Part shown: in pieces, positions 53,589 to 62,652 of the stretch
Layout of the letters: every line of letters begins with the position of its first letter
How positions within the stretch are numbered: the stretch's first letter is position 1
Source of the DNA: Eubacteriales bacterium
GTDB lineage: Bacteria; Bacillota; Clostridia; Oscillospirales; CAG-382
Assembly: GCA_045541355.1 (NCBI GenBank)
Contig: JAZQIW010000032.1
Coordinates: forward strand, 2,279 to 66,278
DNA length: 64,000 nucleotides
Direction of reading: 5' to 3'
Notes under the pieces: model-generated
What the model was told of the DNA's origin: nothing
The model's input: only the letters and a program-made list of their open reading frames with translations
Databases searched by the model: none
Program-made: the position numbers and the translations under genes

Positions 53589-54981
53589 TATTTTTACCCG
53601 AAAACAGCTTAATACAGTCTATTAGACTGCGAACAGGCACGATTTTCGCCTTTCCTTTGAGCTGTTCAAGCTTTTGTTTTGCTCTTTCGTAGTTTCTCAT
53701 TGGAATTACAACAGTTGTAAATCCGAGCCTTACAGCCTCTCTAACTCTTTGTTCTATATTTCCGACAGCTCTGCATTCGCCTGCAAGTCCTATTTCGCCA
53801 ATTGCTATCAGCTTATCATCAATAATAATATCTCTAAATCCGGAAATTATCGCAAGACATGCTGCAAGGTCGCTTGAAGGCTCATCAATTCTAAGACCTC
53901 CGACAATGTTTATAAAAACATCGCTTGTTGAAAGATTGAGTCCGAGTCTCTTTTCAAGAACAGCAGTCAGAAGCGAAAGTCTGTTATAATCAAAGCCTGT
54001 TGAAGCTCTTTTTGGAACGGGATATGCTGTCTTAGTCACAAGAGCCTGTATTTCGGCGAGAATCGGTCTTGTGCCCTCCATTATGCAAAGAGTACAATTT
54101 CCCGAAACATTTAGAGGTCGCTGGGAAAGCAGATACTCTGAAGGGTTTTCGACCTCGCATAGACCTTCCGAATCCATTTCAAACATACCTATTTCGTTTG
54201 TAGAACCGAATCTGTTCTTTACAGCCCTAAGTGTTCTGTATGAGTACTGTTTTTCACCCTCAAAATACAGTACCGTATCAACCATATGTTCAAGAATTTT
54301 CGGTCCTGCTATGCCGCCGTCTTTGTTTACGTGACCGACAATTATTACTGATATATTTTCACATTTTGCAAGCTTAATAAGCCTTGAGGTTGTGGTTCTT
54401 ACCTGAGTAAGGCTGCCGGGTGCTGACGATGAATTTTCATCTGACAAGGTTTGTATGGAATCTATAACTATAACATCAGGATTTACTGTATCCGCTTCTG
54501 CTATTACTTCATCAATGTCCGTTTCGGAATATATTAGAATATTTTCGCTTTCAACTCCAAGCCTTTTGGCTCTTAGCTTGATTTGTGCAGGAGACTCCTC
54601 CCCTGTCACATACAAAAGCTTTTTGCTGTCACCCAAAAGTCCGCAAACCTGCAAAAGAAGTGTTGACTTGCCGACACCCGGTTCACCCGAGAGCAGCGTA
54701 ACAGAGCCTTCTACAATGCCGCCGCCAAGCACTCTGTCAAACTCGTTCATACCTGTCTTGACACGTTCGCTGTCATCATAGCTTATACTGTTAATAGGAT
54801 TTGACAGCTGCTTTGAGTGAGGCGCTCTCACACCGCTTTTTTTGCGTGTAAAGGCAGGCTCCGATGCAGTAACAGCCTGTTCCTCAATACTGTTCCAAGC
54901 ACCGCAAGCAGGACATTTTCCAAACCATTTGGCAGTAACATTTCCACATTCGCTGCAGACAAATTCGGTCTTTGTTTTCAT
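53581..54981 (-). CDS. radA: DNA repair protein RadA/Sms
   Basis: Zinc finger CSECG...CPACGAWNS, Walker A GEPGVGKST, KNRFG, and a Lon-like C-terminal domain. Confidence 0.95.
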   Translation of the reverse strand: MKTKTEFVCSECGNVTAKWFGKCPACGAWNSIEEQAVTASEPAFTRKKSGVRAPHSKQLSNPINSISYDDSERVKTGMNEFDRVLGGGIVEGSVTLLSGEPGVGKSTLLLQVCGLLGDSKKLLYVTGEESPAQIKLRAKRLGVESENILIYSETDIDEVIAEADTVNPDVIVIDSIQTLSDENSSSAPGSLTQVRTTTSRLIKLAKCENISVIIVGHVNKDGGIAGPKILEHMVDTVLYFEGEKQYSYRTLRAVKNRFGSTNEIGMFEMDSEGLCEVENPSEYLLSQRPLNVSGNCTLCIMEGTRPILAEIQALVTKTAYPVPKRASTGFDYNRLSLLTAVLEKRLGLNLSTSDVFINIVGGLRIDEPSSDLAACLAIISGFRDIIIDDKLIAIGEIGLAGECRAVGNIEQRVREAVRLGFTTVVIPMRNYERAKQKLEQLKGKAKIVPVRSLIDCIKLFSGKNNE

Positions 54982-54994
54982 TTACATCATCCTT

Positions 54995-55741
54995 TTATAC
55001 GGACACTAAATTGCCGCTTTCTGTTAAATATTCAAGCATTGCCGAAAACAGGACAAAGGACAGCTTTTTCCTGTATTCCTCATCACAAAGCATCTTTTCC
55101 TCTTGAGAATTTGATAGGAACCCGCATTCCACAAGAATTGCAGGACACGACAAATTGTTTAACACATATATGCTTTTGCCTGATTGCTTTATCTTTCTGT
55201 TATTGTCAGGCTGCAAAAACTCTTTTGTTTTGTCCTGAACAGTTAACGCCAACAGCCTGCTGTCTTTATGGTGCTTTGAATAATACACCTGAAGGCCGTT
55301 ATATTTTTCTATCGGGAATTTATTCTGATGAATACTGATAAAAACGGGATTATCATAGGATTTTGCTATTTCAACCCTGTTTCTGACATCATAATACTTT
55401 TTCTTCCCTGATTGCCCGTCTTTATAGAGCATTACATCGTCGTCACGTGTTGTAATGCAGTCAATATCCGTAAGGCTGAGAAAACTGTAAAGCTGCTTTG
55501 AAATCATCAAATTGATATCCTTTTCAAGCACGCCCGACGCGCCCGTGGCTCCGCCGTCTTCCCCACCGTGACCTGCATCAATTACCAATGTGACACTGCA
55601 ATTTTGAGTGCTGACAACATTTTGAGACTCAGTGCCGCTCGTGACAAAAAATTGAATTATGCTGAACAGAGCGGTAACTGCAACAATTAAGAGAGAAATA
55701 CACATAAATTTGGAATACTGTAAAAATGTCTGTTTTTTCAA
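54995..55741 (-). CDS. cwlD: N-acetylmuramoyl-L-alanine amidase (Amidase_3), CwlD-like
   Basis: An N-terminal TM helix, VIDAGHGGEDGGA and FISIHQN motifs, in the ~240-aa CwlD size class. Confidence 0.8.
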   Translation of the reverse strand: MKKQTFLQYSKFMCISLLIVAVTALFSIIQFFVTSGTESQNVVSTQNCSVTLVIDAGHGGEDGGATGASGVLEKDINLMISKQLYSFLSLTDIDCITTRDDDVMLYKDGQSGKKKYYDVRNRVEIAKSYDNPVFISIHQNKFPIEKYNGLQVYYSKHHKDSRLLALTVQDKTKEFLQPDNNRKIKQSGKSIYVLNNLSCPAILVECGFLSNSQEEKMLCDEEYRKKLSFVLFSAMLEYLTESGNLVSV

Positions 55742-55819
55742 AATATCACCTTATAGTAGTATTTAATTGAACTTCTGTTTTACAGACCTTTTTATTATGT
55801 ATATTCCCAATGCTCAGAT

Positions 55820-56419
55820 TTATTTCTTCTTTTTTTCAGACGTGTCTACGTGAATCTTGCCTTTGAATGCAAGATTGTATGATATAGCACAGACAACGGG
55901 CATTACAATCAGCAAAATTGCAAAAATAAGACTGTTTTCGCTTAAAAAGACGAGCCATTCCGGCGCATCGGAAACAAGAAGGTGGGTGGTCGTGTCCTCT
56001 GTTCTGTTTATAAGACCCGTGTCAATGCCGAGATACATTCCCATCAGGAAAAATCTGATTATAACATTAATAATAGCTTTTAAGCTGCCGAGGGTTGCAG
56101 GTGAAGTTAAAAGGCTGATTATCGACTGAAACAGCACAATAACAATCGTAGGAAGATATGAAACCAAAGAGTAGACAAGACCTGTATACCACTTGCCCAC
56201 AATTCTTCCCGCAGTATGGGAAACAAAGTCCTTTTGACCGTCTTCTATTACGGCATAGCAAACAAGCGAATAATAGAACAGAACAGCAAAAACCGATGCA
56301 GCAATTTGAACAGTTCCCTTAAACGGACTTACAACAAAAAGACCTAACAGAGACATAGCAAACTGATAAATGAACAGCTTTGAAATCATATGTCGTTTTG
56401 TTCTCAAAATTTCAAGCAT
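55820..56419 (-). CDS. Hypothetical integral membrane protein (~5-6 TM)
   Basis: Hydrophobic throughout, with a lysine-rich C-terminus. No recognisable motif. Confidence 0.55.
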   Translation of the reverse strand: MLEILRTKRHMISKLFIYQFAMSLLGLFVVSPFKGTVQIAASVFAVLFYYSLVCYAVIEDGQKDFVSHTAGRIVGKWYTGLVYSLVSYLPTIVIVLFQSIISLLTSPATLGSLKAIINVIIRFFLMGMYLGIDTGLINRTEDTTTHLLVSDAPEWLVFLSENSLIFAILLIVMPVVCAISYNLAFKGKIHVDTSEKKKK

Positions 56420-56443
56420 TAAAATATCCTCCTAAAAAAAGTA

Positions 56444-56472
56444 TTGGCAATTAGAATAGATTATGTTATAAT
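56444..56472 (+). promoter_or_regulatory. Sigma-A type promoter of the XerC-like recombinase gene
   Basis: TTGGCA, a 17-nt spacer, then TATAAT preceded by TGT (extended -10). Confidence 0.65.
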
Positions 56473-56493
56473 TAATTAAAGAATAACAAAGGG

Positions 56494-57528
56494 GTGAAAT
56501 TTGTGTTTGATTTTGGTGATGCACCTGAGGTTGTTCAGCGATTTCTTAAGTATAAAAGAACAGTTCAGAATCGTTCAGAAAAGACTGTGTTTCAGTATTA
56601 CCATGACCTGAGAACATTTTCGAGGTTTTTGCTGATTGACCGCTACAAAAACAAATATAAAGGAGTGGCACTTGCAGAAATACCCTTCAGCGACGCCGAT
56701 GATGAGCTTCTGCTGAAAGTGAATTCCGAAGATATCTTCAATTTTTTGGCATTTGCCGTCACTGATTTAAACAATAACGTTTCTTCAAGACAGCGAAAAC
56801 TATCCTGCATAAGAACCTTTTATAAATATCTGAACAAAACACTGAGACTCATAAAAGAAAACCCGACAGAGACGGTTGACACCCCGACAAAACCAAAAAA
56901 GCTGCCCAAATATCTGACTCTTGAGGAATCCAAGCAGCTTCTATCGGGAATAGAAGGAAAAAACGCCGTAAGAGACTTCTGCATCGTTACGCTTTTTCTT
57001 AATTGCGGAATGAGAGTTTCCGAGCTTGTGGGAATTGATCTTTCAGACTTAAAGCCTGACCTTTCGTCTGTAAATGTCACAGGTAAAGGAAGCAAGGAAA
57101 GAATATTATATCTTAACTCTGCCTGCAGAACGGCAATTGAAAACTATCTTAAGGTTAGACCTTCCGATGCCAAGGGAAGCGATAAAAATGCACTGTTTAT
57201 TTCAAGAAACAAGAACCGAATGAGTGTTCAGACGGTACAATGGACCATATATAAGCATCTTAAGGCTGCAGGTCTTGAAAACAGGCATATGTCAGTACAC
57301 AAGCTCAGACACACAGCGGCGACCCTGATGTACCAGCACGGCAAGACGGATGTCAGAGTACTTAAGGACATTCTTGGACATGAACAGCTTTCAACAACCC
57401 AGATATATACTCACGTAAATAACGATATGATTCGTGAGGCGGTTGACAACAATCCCCTTTCGGATGTCAAAAGAACAATATCTGTCAAAAAAACAGCAGA
57501 TTTCAAAGACGAAAATAAAGAAGAATAG
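56494..57528 (+). CDS. Tyrosine recombinase, XerC/XerD family (344 aa)
   Basis: Catalytic region HKLRHTAATLMY...LGHEQLSTTQIYTH. GTG start with a GGGGTGA RBS. Confidence 0.85.
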   Translation: MKFVFDFGDAPEVVQRFLKYKRTVQNRSEKTVFQYYHDLRTFSRFLLIDRYKNKYKGVALAEIPFSDADDELLLKVNSEDIFNFLAFAVTDLNNNVSSRQRKLSCIRTFYKYLNKTLRLIKENPTETVDTPTKPKKLPKYLTLEESKQLLSGIEGKNAVRDFCIVTLFLNCGMRVSELVGIDLSDLKPDLSSVNVTGKGSKERILYLNSACRTAIENYLKVRPSDAKGSDKNALFISRNKNRMSVQTVQWTIYKHLKAAGLENRHMSVHKLRHTAATLMYQHGKTDVRVLKDILGHEQLSTTQIYTHVNNDMIREAVDNNPLSDVKRTISVKKTADFKDENKEE

Positions 57529-57532
57529 CATA

Positions 57533-57561
57533 ACAAGTGCCAAAAGGCACTTGTTTTTTTA
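57533..57561. terminator. Bidirectional terminator
   Basis: ACAAGTGCC-AAAA-GGCACTTGT followed by T7. Confidence 0.85.
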
Positions 57562-58545
57562 TCCTCTGTCAACAAAAACAGCCTCACCGTCTTCGCCATC
57601 GCCATCATTGTATGAGCTATTGTTGATATCATCATTGTAAAACGGGTCTATCATATATTTTTGAATAACGGGATAAGAGGCATAGCCGGAAATAAACATA
57701 CCGAGTGCAATAGTGATAATAAAAGGAAGCATAATGCCGAGAGAATTTAAAAGAACGAATAAATAGAGATTGATAAACACAAGCACGAGTATTCCGAATA
57801 CAGCAACAAAATTGCGCTTAAGTCCAAGGAAGGTCAAAAGAAAAGCATCCTTAAAAATCTTGTATACTGACAAATCAAAAGTAATCATGATTGTGTAAAT
57901 ATAAAATCTCATAATGAAATAGAGAACGCAAAGGAAAATGGAAAAATAAACAAGTATGCTGTTTATGAATGTGCCGCTTTGTCCAATCCAGAACAAAAAA
58001 TCATATATGAGAAGAAAAGAAATGGCAACGTCAGCAAGACCGACAATGACAGCCTGCTTAAAATTTCTCTTGATACATCCGAAAAAGTCTGAAAAAATGA
58101 ATATCGGGTCTCCCCTGTTATATCCTCTTATGCAGTACGCAGCACCCGTATTTGAAAGACCGAAGGTTAAAATCAAAAGAGCTGAAATTCCGTAAAAAAC
58201 ATAAGACCATGTCGTTGGAACAAAGGCTGTTCTAAAAGAACCGATAAAAGGAAAAATGGCATGAAGAATGCTTGAGTCTGAAACTGAACTAAAACCGAAA
58301 TATGAAGAAAACATGGGACTTGAGGTAACAATACGTGTTTCATCAAGCTGACCTGTTAATACAAAAAGTAAAAAGAAAACAGGAAAATTGCAAAGAACAT
58401 AAACAAGATTTAGATTTGAAATGTTCCAGAATTTTCTGCCGAGCATTACGAAAAAGCCCTTGAAATTTGTAGGTATTTCAGAATACTCATCATCCTTGGT
58501 AATGGGTTTAGACGAAAACATCTTAAATAAATTGAATTTTTTCAT
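57559..58545 (-). CDS. Polytopic membrane protein, YesL/DUF624-like N-terminus, acidic C-terminal tail
   Basis: FFVMLGRKFWNISNLNLVYVLCNFPVFFLLF is typical of DUF624 as I recall it. It has ~7 TM helices and the tail DDINNSSYNDGDGEDGEAVFVDRG. Confidence 0.5.
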   Translation of the reverse strand: MKKFNLFKMFSSKPITKDDEYSEIPTNFKGFFVMLGRKFWNISNLNLVYVLCNFPVFFLLFVLTGQLDETRIVTSSPMFSSYFGFSSVSDSSILHAIFPFIGSFRTAFVPTTWSYVFYGISALLILTFGLSNTGAAYCIRGYNRGDPIFIFSDFFGCIKRNFKQAVIVGLADVAISFLLIYDFLFWIGQSGTFINSILVYFSIFLCVLYFIMRFYIYTIMITFDLSVYKIFKDAFLLTFLGLKRNFVAVFGILVLVFINLYLFVLLNSLGIMLPFIITIALGMFISGYASYPVIQKYMIDPFYNDDINNSSYNDGDGEDGEAVFVDRG

Positions 58546-58577
58546 AAATTTGTCCGCAACGCGTTCTCCTTTTTATA

Positions 58578-58613
58578 AGAAAAAATAGATATGCCATAAA
58601 CACATCTATTTTA
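58578..58613 (-). terminator. Rho-independent terminator of xerD
   Basis: On the minus strand, AAAATAGATGTG-loop-CATATCTATTTT is followed by a T-run. Confidence 0.6.
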
Positions 58614-58672
58614 AAATAATAATATTAACTTGTAATGAAAATTGTTACAAATAAATGTAACCTATTGAATCA

Positions 58673-59572
58673 TTATCTCGAACGGTGATTGAATTTCAAA
58701 TAAGAATTATCGAGCTTGGACTTTATATAGTTTGAATAAACGAGGGTTGAAGAAATATCTGCATGACCGAGTATGTTTTTTATGTCATTGATATCTGCAC
58801 CGTTTTCGAGAAGGTGGGTGGCAAAGGAATGTCGAAGAGTGTGAGGGGTAATGCTCTTGTTAATATTTGCAAGTGATGCGTAAGATTTAAGAAGTTTCCA
58901 AAAGCCCTGCCGCGTCATTCTTTCGCCGTTAACATTTACAAACAGCGCACTCTCTGAGTCACTGACGAGAAAATAATTACGAGCCTTTGTTATATAATCC
59001 TCAAGAGCTTTTACCGCCTTGGGATACAAAAGAACAACTCTGCTGTTCTTTACACCCGAACCGTTTCTGCAACGAACATAATTCATTTTAAGATTAACGT
59101 CGGAAATATCAAGATTCATCAGCTCCGTGACCTTCATGCCTGTTGCATAAAGCACCTCGAGCATTGCTTTGTCACGCTTACCCTTAAAGTCCTTGACATC
59201 GGGGATAGAGAGCAATCTGTCGATTTCATCCTCGGTGAGAATTTCAAAGAATTTTTTCTCGGTTTTATCGTTTTTAACATCAACAGCGGGATTCAAGGTT
59301 AATACATTGGAACCAACAAGAAATTTATAAAAACCTCTCAGCGACGACATACACCTTGACACGGTTGCAACACTTCTGCCCGAGGCAGTAAGAACGGACT
59401 TAAATTCACCGATATCATCGGAGCAGGCATTTTCAAGAGAAAGCTTCTTGGTAGCCAAAAAATCATTAAAATTTAAAAGGTCTCGCTCATATGCAGCCAA
59501 AGTATTAGCCGAGGTTTTTCGAGAATCCCTCAGATATATCAAAAAATCATTTATTAGTTTAATGTCAGACAT
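58673..59572 (-). CDS. xerD: Tyrosine recombinase XerD
   Basis: 299 aa. N-terminal core-binding domain (FLIYLRDSRKTSANTLAAYERDL) and catalytic HTLRHSFATHLLENGADI...LGHADISSTLVYS. Confidence 0.85.
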   Translation of the reverse strand: MSDIKLINDFLIYLRDSRKTSANTLAAYERDLLNFNDFLATKKLSLENACSDDIGEFKSVLTASGRSVATVSRCMSSLRGFYKFLVGSNVLTLNPAVDVKNDKTEKKFFEILTEDEIDRLLSIPDVKDFKGKRDKAMLEVLYATGMKVTELMNLDISDVNLKMNYVRCRNGSGVKNSRVVLLYPKAVKALEDYITKARNYFLVSDSESALFVNVNGERMTRQGFWKLLKSYASLANINKSITPHTLRHSFATHLLENGADINDIKNILGHADISSTLVYSNYIKSKLDNSYLKFNHRSR

Positions 59573-59590
59573 TTTCTACTCCATACAGTA

Positions 59591-60394
59591 TCAACGCGCA
59601 AGCTCATCAGCTCTGTTTGCGCACTTATCCATTGACCTGTTCATCATTTCATAATATGAGTCCTCTTCAAGGGACTTTATTGCCTCGATTGTAGTACCGG
59701 CAGGAGAAGCTACCATTTTTATAAGCTCGTCGGGCGACATACCGCTGCTTATAAGCATCTCAACAGAGCCCTTAAGGGTTTGCAGAACAAGCTCTTTTGC
59801 GTTCTTTTCGGAAATACCGTACTCAACAGCCTTATCAATCATGGATTTTGCAAGCATATATACAAAAACAGGACTTGAGCCGTTTACGGGAATAACCTTG
59901 TTCATGAGAGACTCATCGAGAGAACATACACATCCGCACGAAGCGAATAAGGTGCAAATCTTAGAATACATCTTATCAGTAACAAAAGCGTTTCTCGAAA
60001 TGGCAATTGCACCTAATCCAAGCATTACAGGTGTATTCGGCATAACTCTTACAACGGGACAACTGCAGTCAAGCCTGTCACAAACATACTCACAGGAAAT
60101 ACCCGCAGCTATGGAAATAAATGTCTTGGTACTCAGGTCAACTCCAAAAGACTTTATATCCTTTAAAAGTGCATCATAATCCTGAGGCTTGACGGCGAGC
60201 AAAATGTTTTCAGAGCTTGACACAGCATCGCAAAGTGATTCACACTTATTAACTCCGAGCTTTACAAAGCTCTCGGCTTTATCCTCAAACTTATCGTAGA
60301 CATAAATACAATCGGGAGAAATCCTACCCGAATTTATTACAGATTTAATAATGGCACCTGCCATGTTGCCGGCGCCGATAAAAGATATTTTCAT
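59591..60394 (-). CDS. proC: Pyrroline-5-carboxylate reductase
   Basis: MKISFIGAGNMAGAII is a Rossmann motif, and the C-terminal SPAGTTIEAIKSLEE is present. The start was moved to ATG 60394. Confidence 0.92.
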   Translation of the reverse strand: MKISFIGAGNMAGAIIKSVINSGRISPDCIYVYDKFEDKAESFVKLGVNKCESLCDAVSSSENILLAVKPQDYDALLKDIKSFGVDLSTKTFISIAAGISCEYVCDRLDCSCPVVRVMPNTPVMLGLGAIAISRNAFVTDKMYSKICTLFASCGCVCSLDESLMNKVIPVNGSSPVFVYMLAKSMIDKAVEYGISEKNAKELVLQTLKGSVEMLISSGMSPDELIKMVASPAGTTIEAIKSLEEDSYYEMMNRSMDKCANRADELAR

Positions 60395-60498
60395 AAACAT
60401 CATCCTTAAATGTGGTGCCTTTATATAATAATACTTTTTAGATCTTTTTTCAAGAGCAAAAAGCGCTTTTCTTCATTTTTGTAAATCTTGACCATGCA

Positions 60499-60545
60499 TT
60501 ATGTAAACCGTGTTATGTTAACTTAGTAACCGAGTTATGTAAATC
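60499..60545 (+). repeat. Three direct copies of TTATGT(A/T)AA(C/T), organised as two ~19-bp direct repeats 23 bp apart
   Basis: GTAAACCGTGTTATGTTAA (60503-60521) versus GTAA-CCGAGTTATGTAAA (60526-60543). A further TTATGTAAACC starts at 60499. Confidence 0.6.
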
Positions 60546-60682
60546 AACATGGTGTGCTTGTCTGACAATATAAATCTACATATTGACGCGGTTTTGTTGA
60601 GCAGGCAATTAAATTATTTTACCATACTAAAATTTGGTCATATTGCCCAACGTGCATTTCCTGCACTTTTTCAACAACTCTA

Positions 60683-60711
60683 TTGCAATTAGGCTCGATT
60701 TATGATAAAAT
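60683..60711 (+). promoter_or_regulatory. Sigma-A type promoter of the methyltransferase gene
   Basis: TTGCAA, a 17-nt spacer, then TAAAAT preceded by TGA (extended -10). Confidence 0.65.
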
Positions 60712-60740
60712 AGAATAAATAATTGCAGATGGAGAAAACG

Positions 60741-61436
60741 ATGCAGGAATTAAAGCTTGAAAAAGTATCCCCTACCCTTTCGGTGTATCAGTCAAAAGGT
60801 GTCTTTTATTATGGAACTGATGCTGTTTTGCTTGTGAAATATGTTCTTGATTTTTATAAGAATAAAGGCGCAAAAAAGATGTGCGACCTTTGTTCGGGTA
60901 CAGGTATTATCCCTCTGATGCTTTGCGATTCCAATGAAAAGCTGTCAGCGTTTGGTGCTGAGATTAATAAGGAAGCCTGCGAAATATCATCCATGAGCGC
61001 CAATGTCAGCGGCTTGTCCGACAGATACACTCAGATTCGCTGTGACATTAAGGATATTCGCTCACACTTTGATGCTGAGTCCTTTGATTTTGTTACCTGC
61101 AATCCTCCATATATGACGTCGGAATGCGGATATATGTGTGAGGATGATTATAAAACCATTGCGCGTCATGAAATACTTTGCAATATTGACGATGTGTTTC
61201 GTGCTGCCTTTTATCTTCTACCGACAGGTGGCAATGCTTTTATTGTTTATAGAACAGACAGACTTTCTTCTCTGTTTTCTGCTGCTAAAAGCAACAGGTT
61301 TGAAATTAAAGAAATGACGTATCTTATATCCTCCTCGCTTCCCTCCTCTTCAAAGCTTGTTGTTTGCAGAGCCATGAAGGATTCAAGTGAAGGACTTAAG
61401 GTGTCTGTCAGAGAAATTAACGAAATGCTTTCTTAA
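60741..61436 (+). CDS. N6-adenine methyltransferase, tRNA1(Val) m6A37 TrmN6/YfiC-like
   Basis: MCDLCSGTGIIPLML (SAM motif I) and VTCNPPYM (NPPY). The start is probably ATG 60741 with a GGAGA RBS; the track start is 60723. Confidence 0.75.
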   Translation: MQELKLEKVSPTLSVYQSKGVFYYGTDAVLLVKYVLDFYKNKGAKKMCDLCSGTGIIPLMLCDSNEKLSAFGAEINKEACEISSMSANVSGLSDRYTQIRCDIKDIRSHFDAESFDFVTCNPPYMTSECGYMCEDDYKTIARHEILCNIDDVFRAAFYLLPTGGNAFIVYRTDRLSSLFSAAKSNRFEIKEMTYLISSSLPSSSKLVVCRAMKDSSEGLKVSVREINEMLS

Positions 61437-61446
61437 AGGTGATTTG

Positions 61447-62637
61447 ATGATTAATAACTCTAAGATGGGTAATTATTACTCAAGATTTGCGTTCATTACT
61501 AAAATTATCAGGTATTTTTGTACCTTGGCTTTTATTCTGTTTTTACTCTCGTGTATTCTCATTTTCAGAAATGACATCACAATAGAGAATATACAGCTTA
61601 TTACAAAACATATCACCTTTGGTGCGGGATCTTCTGCGGCATATACTGATGAATTTCCCATCTCTGCAAATGAGAGCAGCGAAGTTTTTATGGTACGAGA
61701 CAATCTTGCTGTTGTTGATAAGAGCGGTATAAGTCTCTATGAACTGTCGGGGCAAAAGCTTTTCAATTTCCGATATGCATACTCTACCCCTGCCGCTGTT
61801 TCGGACAAGCATCACACACTTGTTTATGATATAAACGGTGATGAAATTGCCATTTATAATTCATTTTCGAGAGTATATACCGAAAAATTCCCGTACAGTG
61901 TGCGCTGTGCCGATATTAATGAAAACGGCTTTGCTGTTGTTTCCAATGCCAAAACCTATCGTTCATCTGTTTATGTTTACAACTCAGATTTTAATAAACG
62001 AATTTTTGAGTATTATTCAGCCGACAATTACATAACTTCTCTTGCGCTTTCACAAAAGGCAAGGGAGCTTGCTATTTCCTGCGTGTCCTCCGATGACGGT
62101 AGTTTTGACAGCAGCATCAAGCTCTTTGATGTTCGTTCTCAAAATCCTACACACACCTTTGAGCTTCCCGGCGAGATGCCTGTTAAGATTGGTTATTCAT
62201 CTGATGAGGAAAATATATTTGCTATAACCGATAGTAATATTCACTTTTTCACATCTAAGTTAAAAAACATAAAATCCTATAAGTTCAATCAAAGTAAGAC
62301 AGACTTTTATAGGATTAAGAACGACATTATAGTTCTTACCGAAAAGAACAATCTGTCAGGAAACTCAATGAAGGTTATTGGGTTTAAGACAGACGGCAGT
62401 GAGCTGTTCAGCCTTGATGTTAATGATGAACTTTACGATCTTGCAATCGGTAACGATAAAATGTTTGCTCTCGGAAAGCACTCGGTCTTTGAATTTTCAA
62501 AGGACGATGACGGCAAGTACTGCCAAACGGGAGTCAGAGCAGTTGATACAAAGTATAACCATATAGTTACCGACACAAAGGATAATTGCTATATTACCAA
62601 TTCTTCCTCATGTATCAAAATAACTTTCGATAAATAA
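61447..62637 (+). CDS. N-terminally anchored beta-rich (propeller-like) protein, DUF5711-like by recollection
   Basis: The start was moved to ATG 61447 (AAGGTGA RBS). One TM helix (FCTLAFILFLLSCILIF) is followed by ~350 aa of repetitive beta-strand-like sequence. Confidence 0.55.
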   Translation: MINNSKMGNYYSRFAFITKIIRYFCTLAFILFLLSCILIFRNDITIENIQLITKHITFGAGSSAAYTDEFPISANESSEVFMVRDNLAVVDKSGISLYELSGQKLFNFRYAYSTPAAVSDKHHTLVYDINGDEIAIYNSFSRVYTEKFPYSVRCADINENGFAVVSNAKTYRSSVYVYNSDFNKRIFEYYSADNYITSLALSQKARELAISCVSSDDGSFDSSIKLFDVRSQNPTHTFELPGEMPVKIGYSSDEENIFAITDSNIHFFTSKLKNIKSYKFNQSKTDFYRIKNDIIVLTEKNNLSGNSMKVIGFKTDGSELFSLDVNDELYDLAIGNDKMFALGKHSVFEFSKDDDGKYCQTGVRAVDTKYNHIVTDTKDNCYITNSSSCIKITFDK

Positions 62638-62652
62638 AAGGAACATTAAATC

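Noticed and set aside
56420-59600. Integrative mobile element delimited by the two tyrosine recombinases
   Set aside because: There is no cargo typical of mobile elements, no flanking direct repeats or tRNA target that I could find, and no visible compositional shift. Both recombinases look like Xer-type housekeeping enzymes.
60404-60440. T-box-like sequence AAATGTGGTGCC near proC
   Set aside because: It is on the wrong strand for the proC leader and 300 nt from the plus-strand gene. No specifier-loop, stem I or terminator/antiterminator architecture accompanies it.
60482-60545. Canonical 28-bp dif site at the TTATGTAAAC motifs
   Set aside because: For each XerD-like arm, the 11 nt that lie 6 bp upstream do not resemble the XerC arm (ACTTCCTA[GT]AA). 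They are also not an inverted copy of the XerD arm, and the central regions are not TATATA-like. The observation is kept only as a direct-repeat finding.
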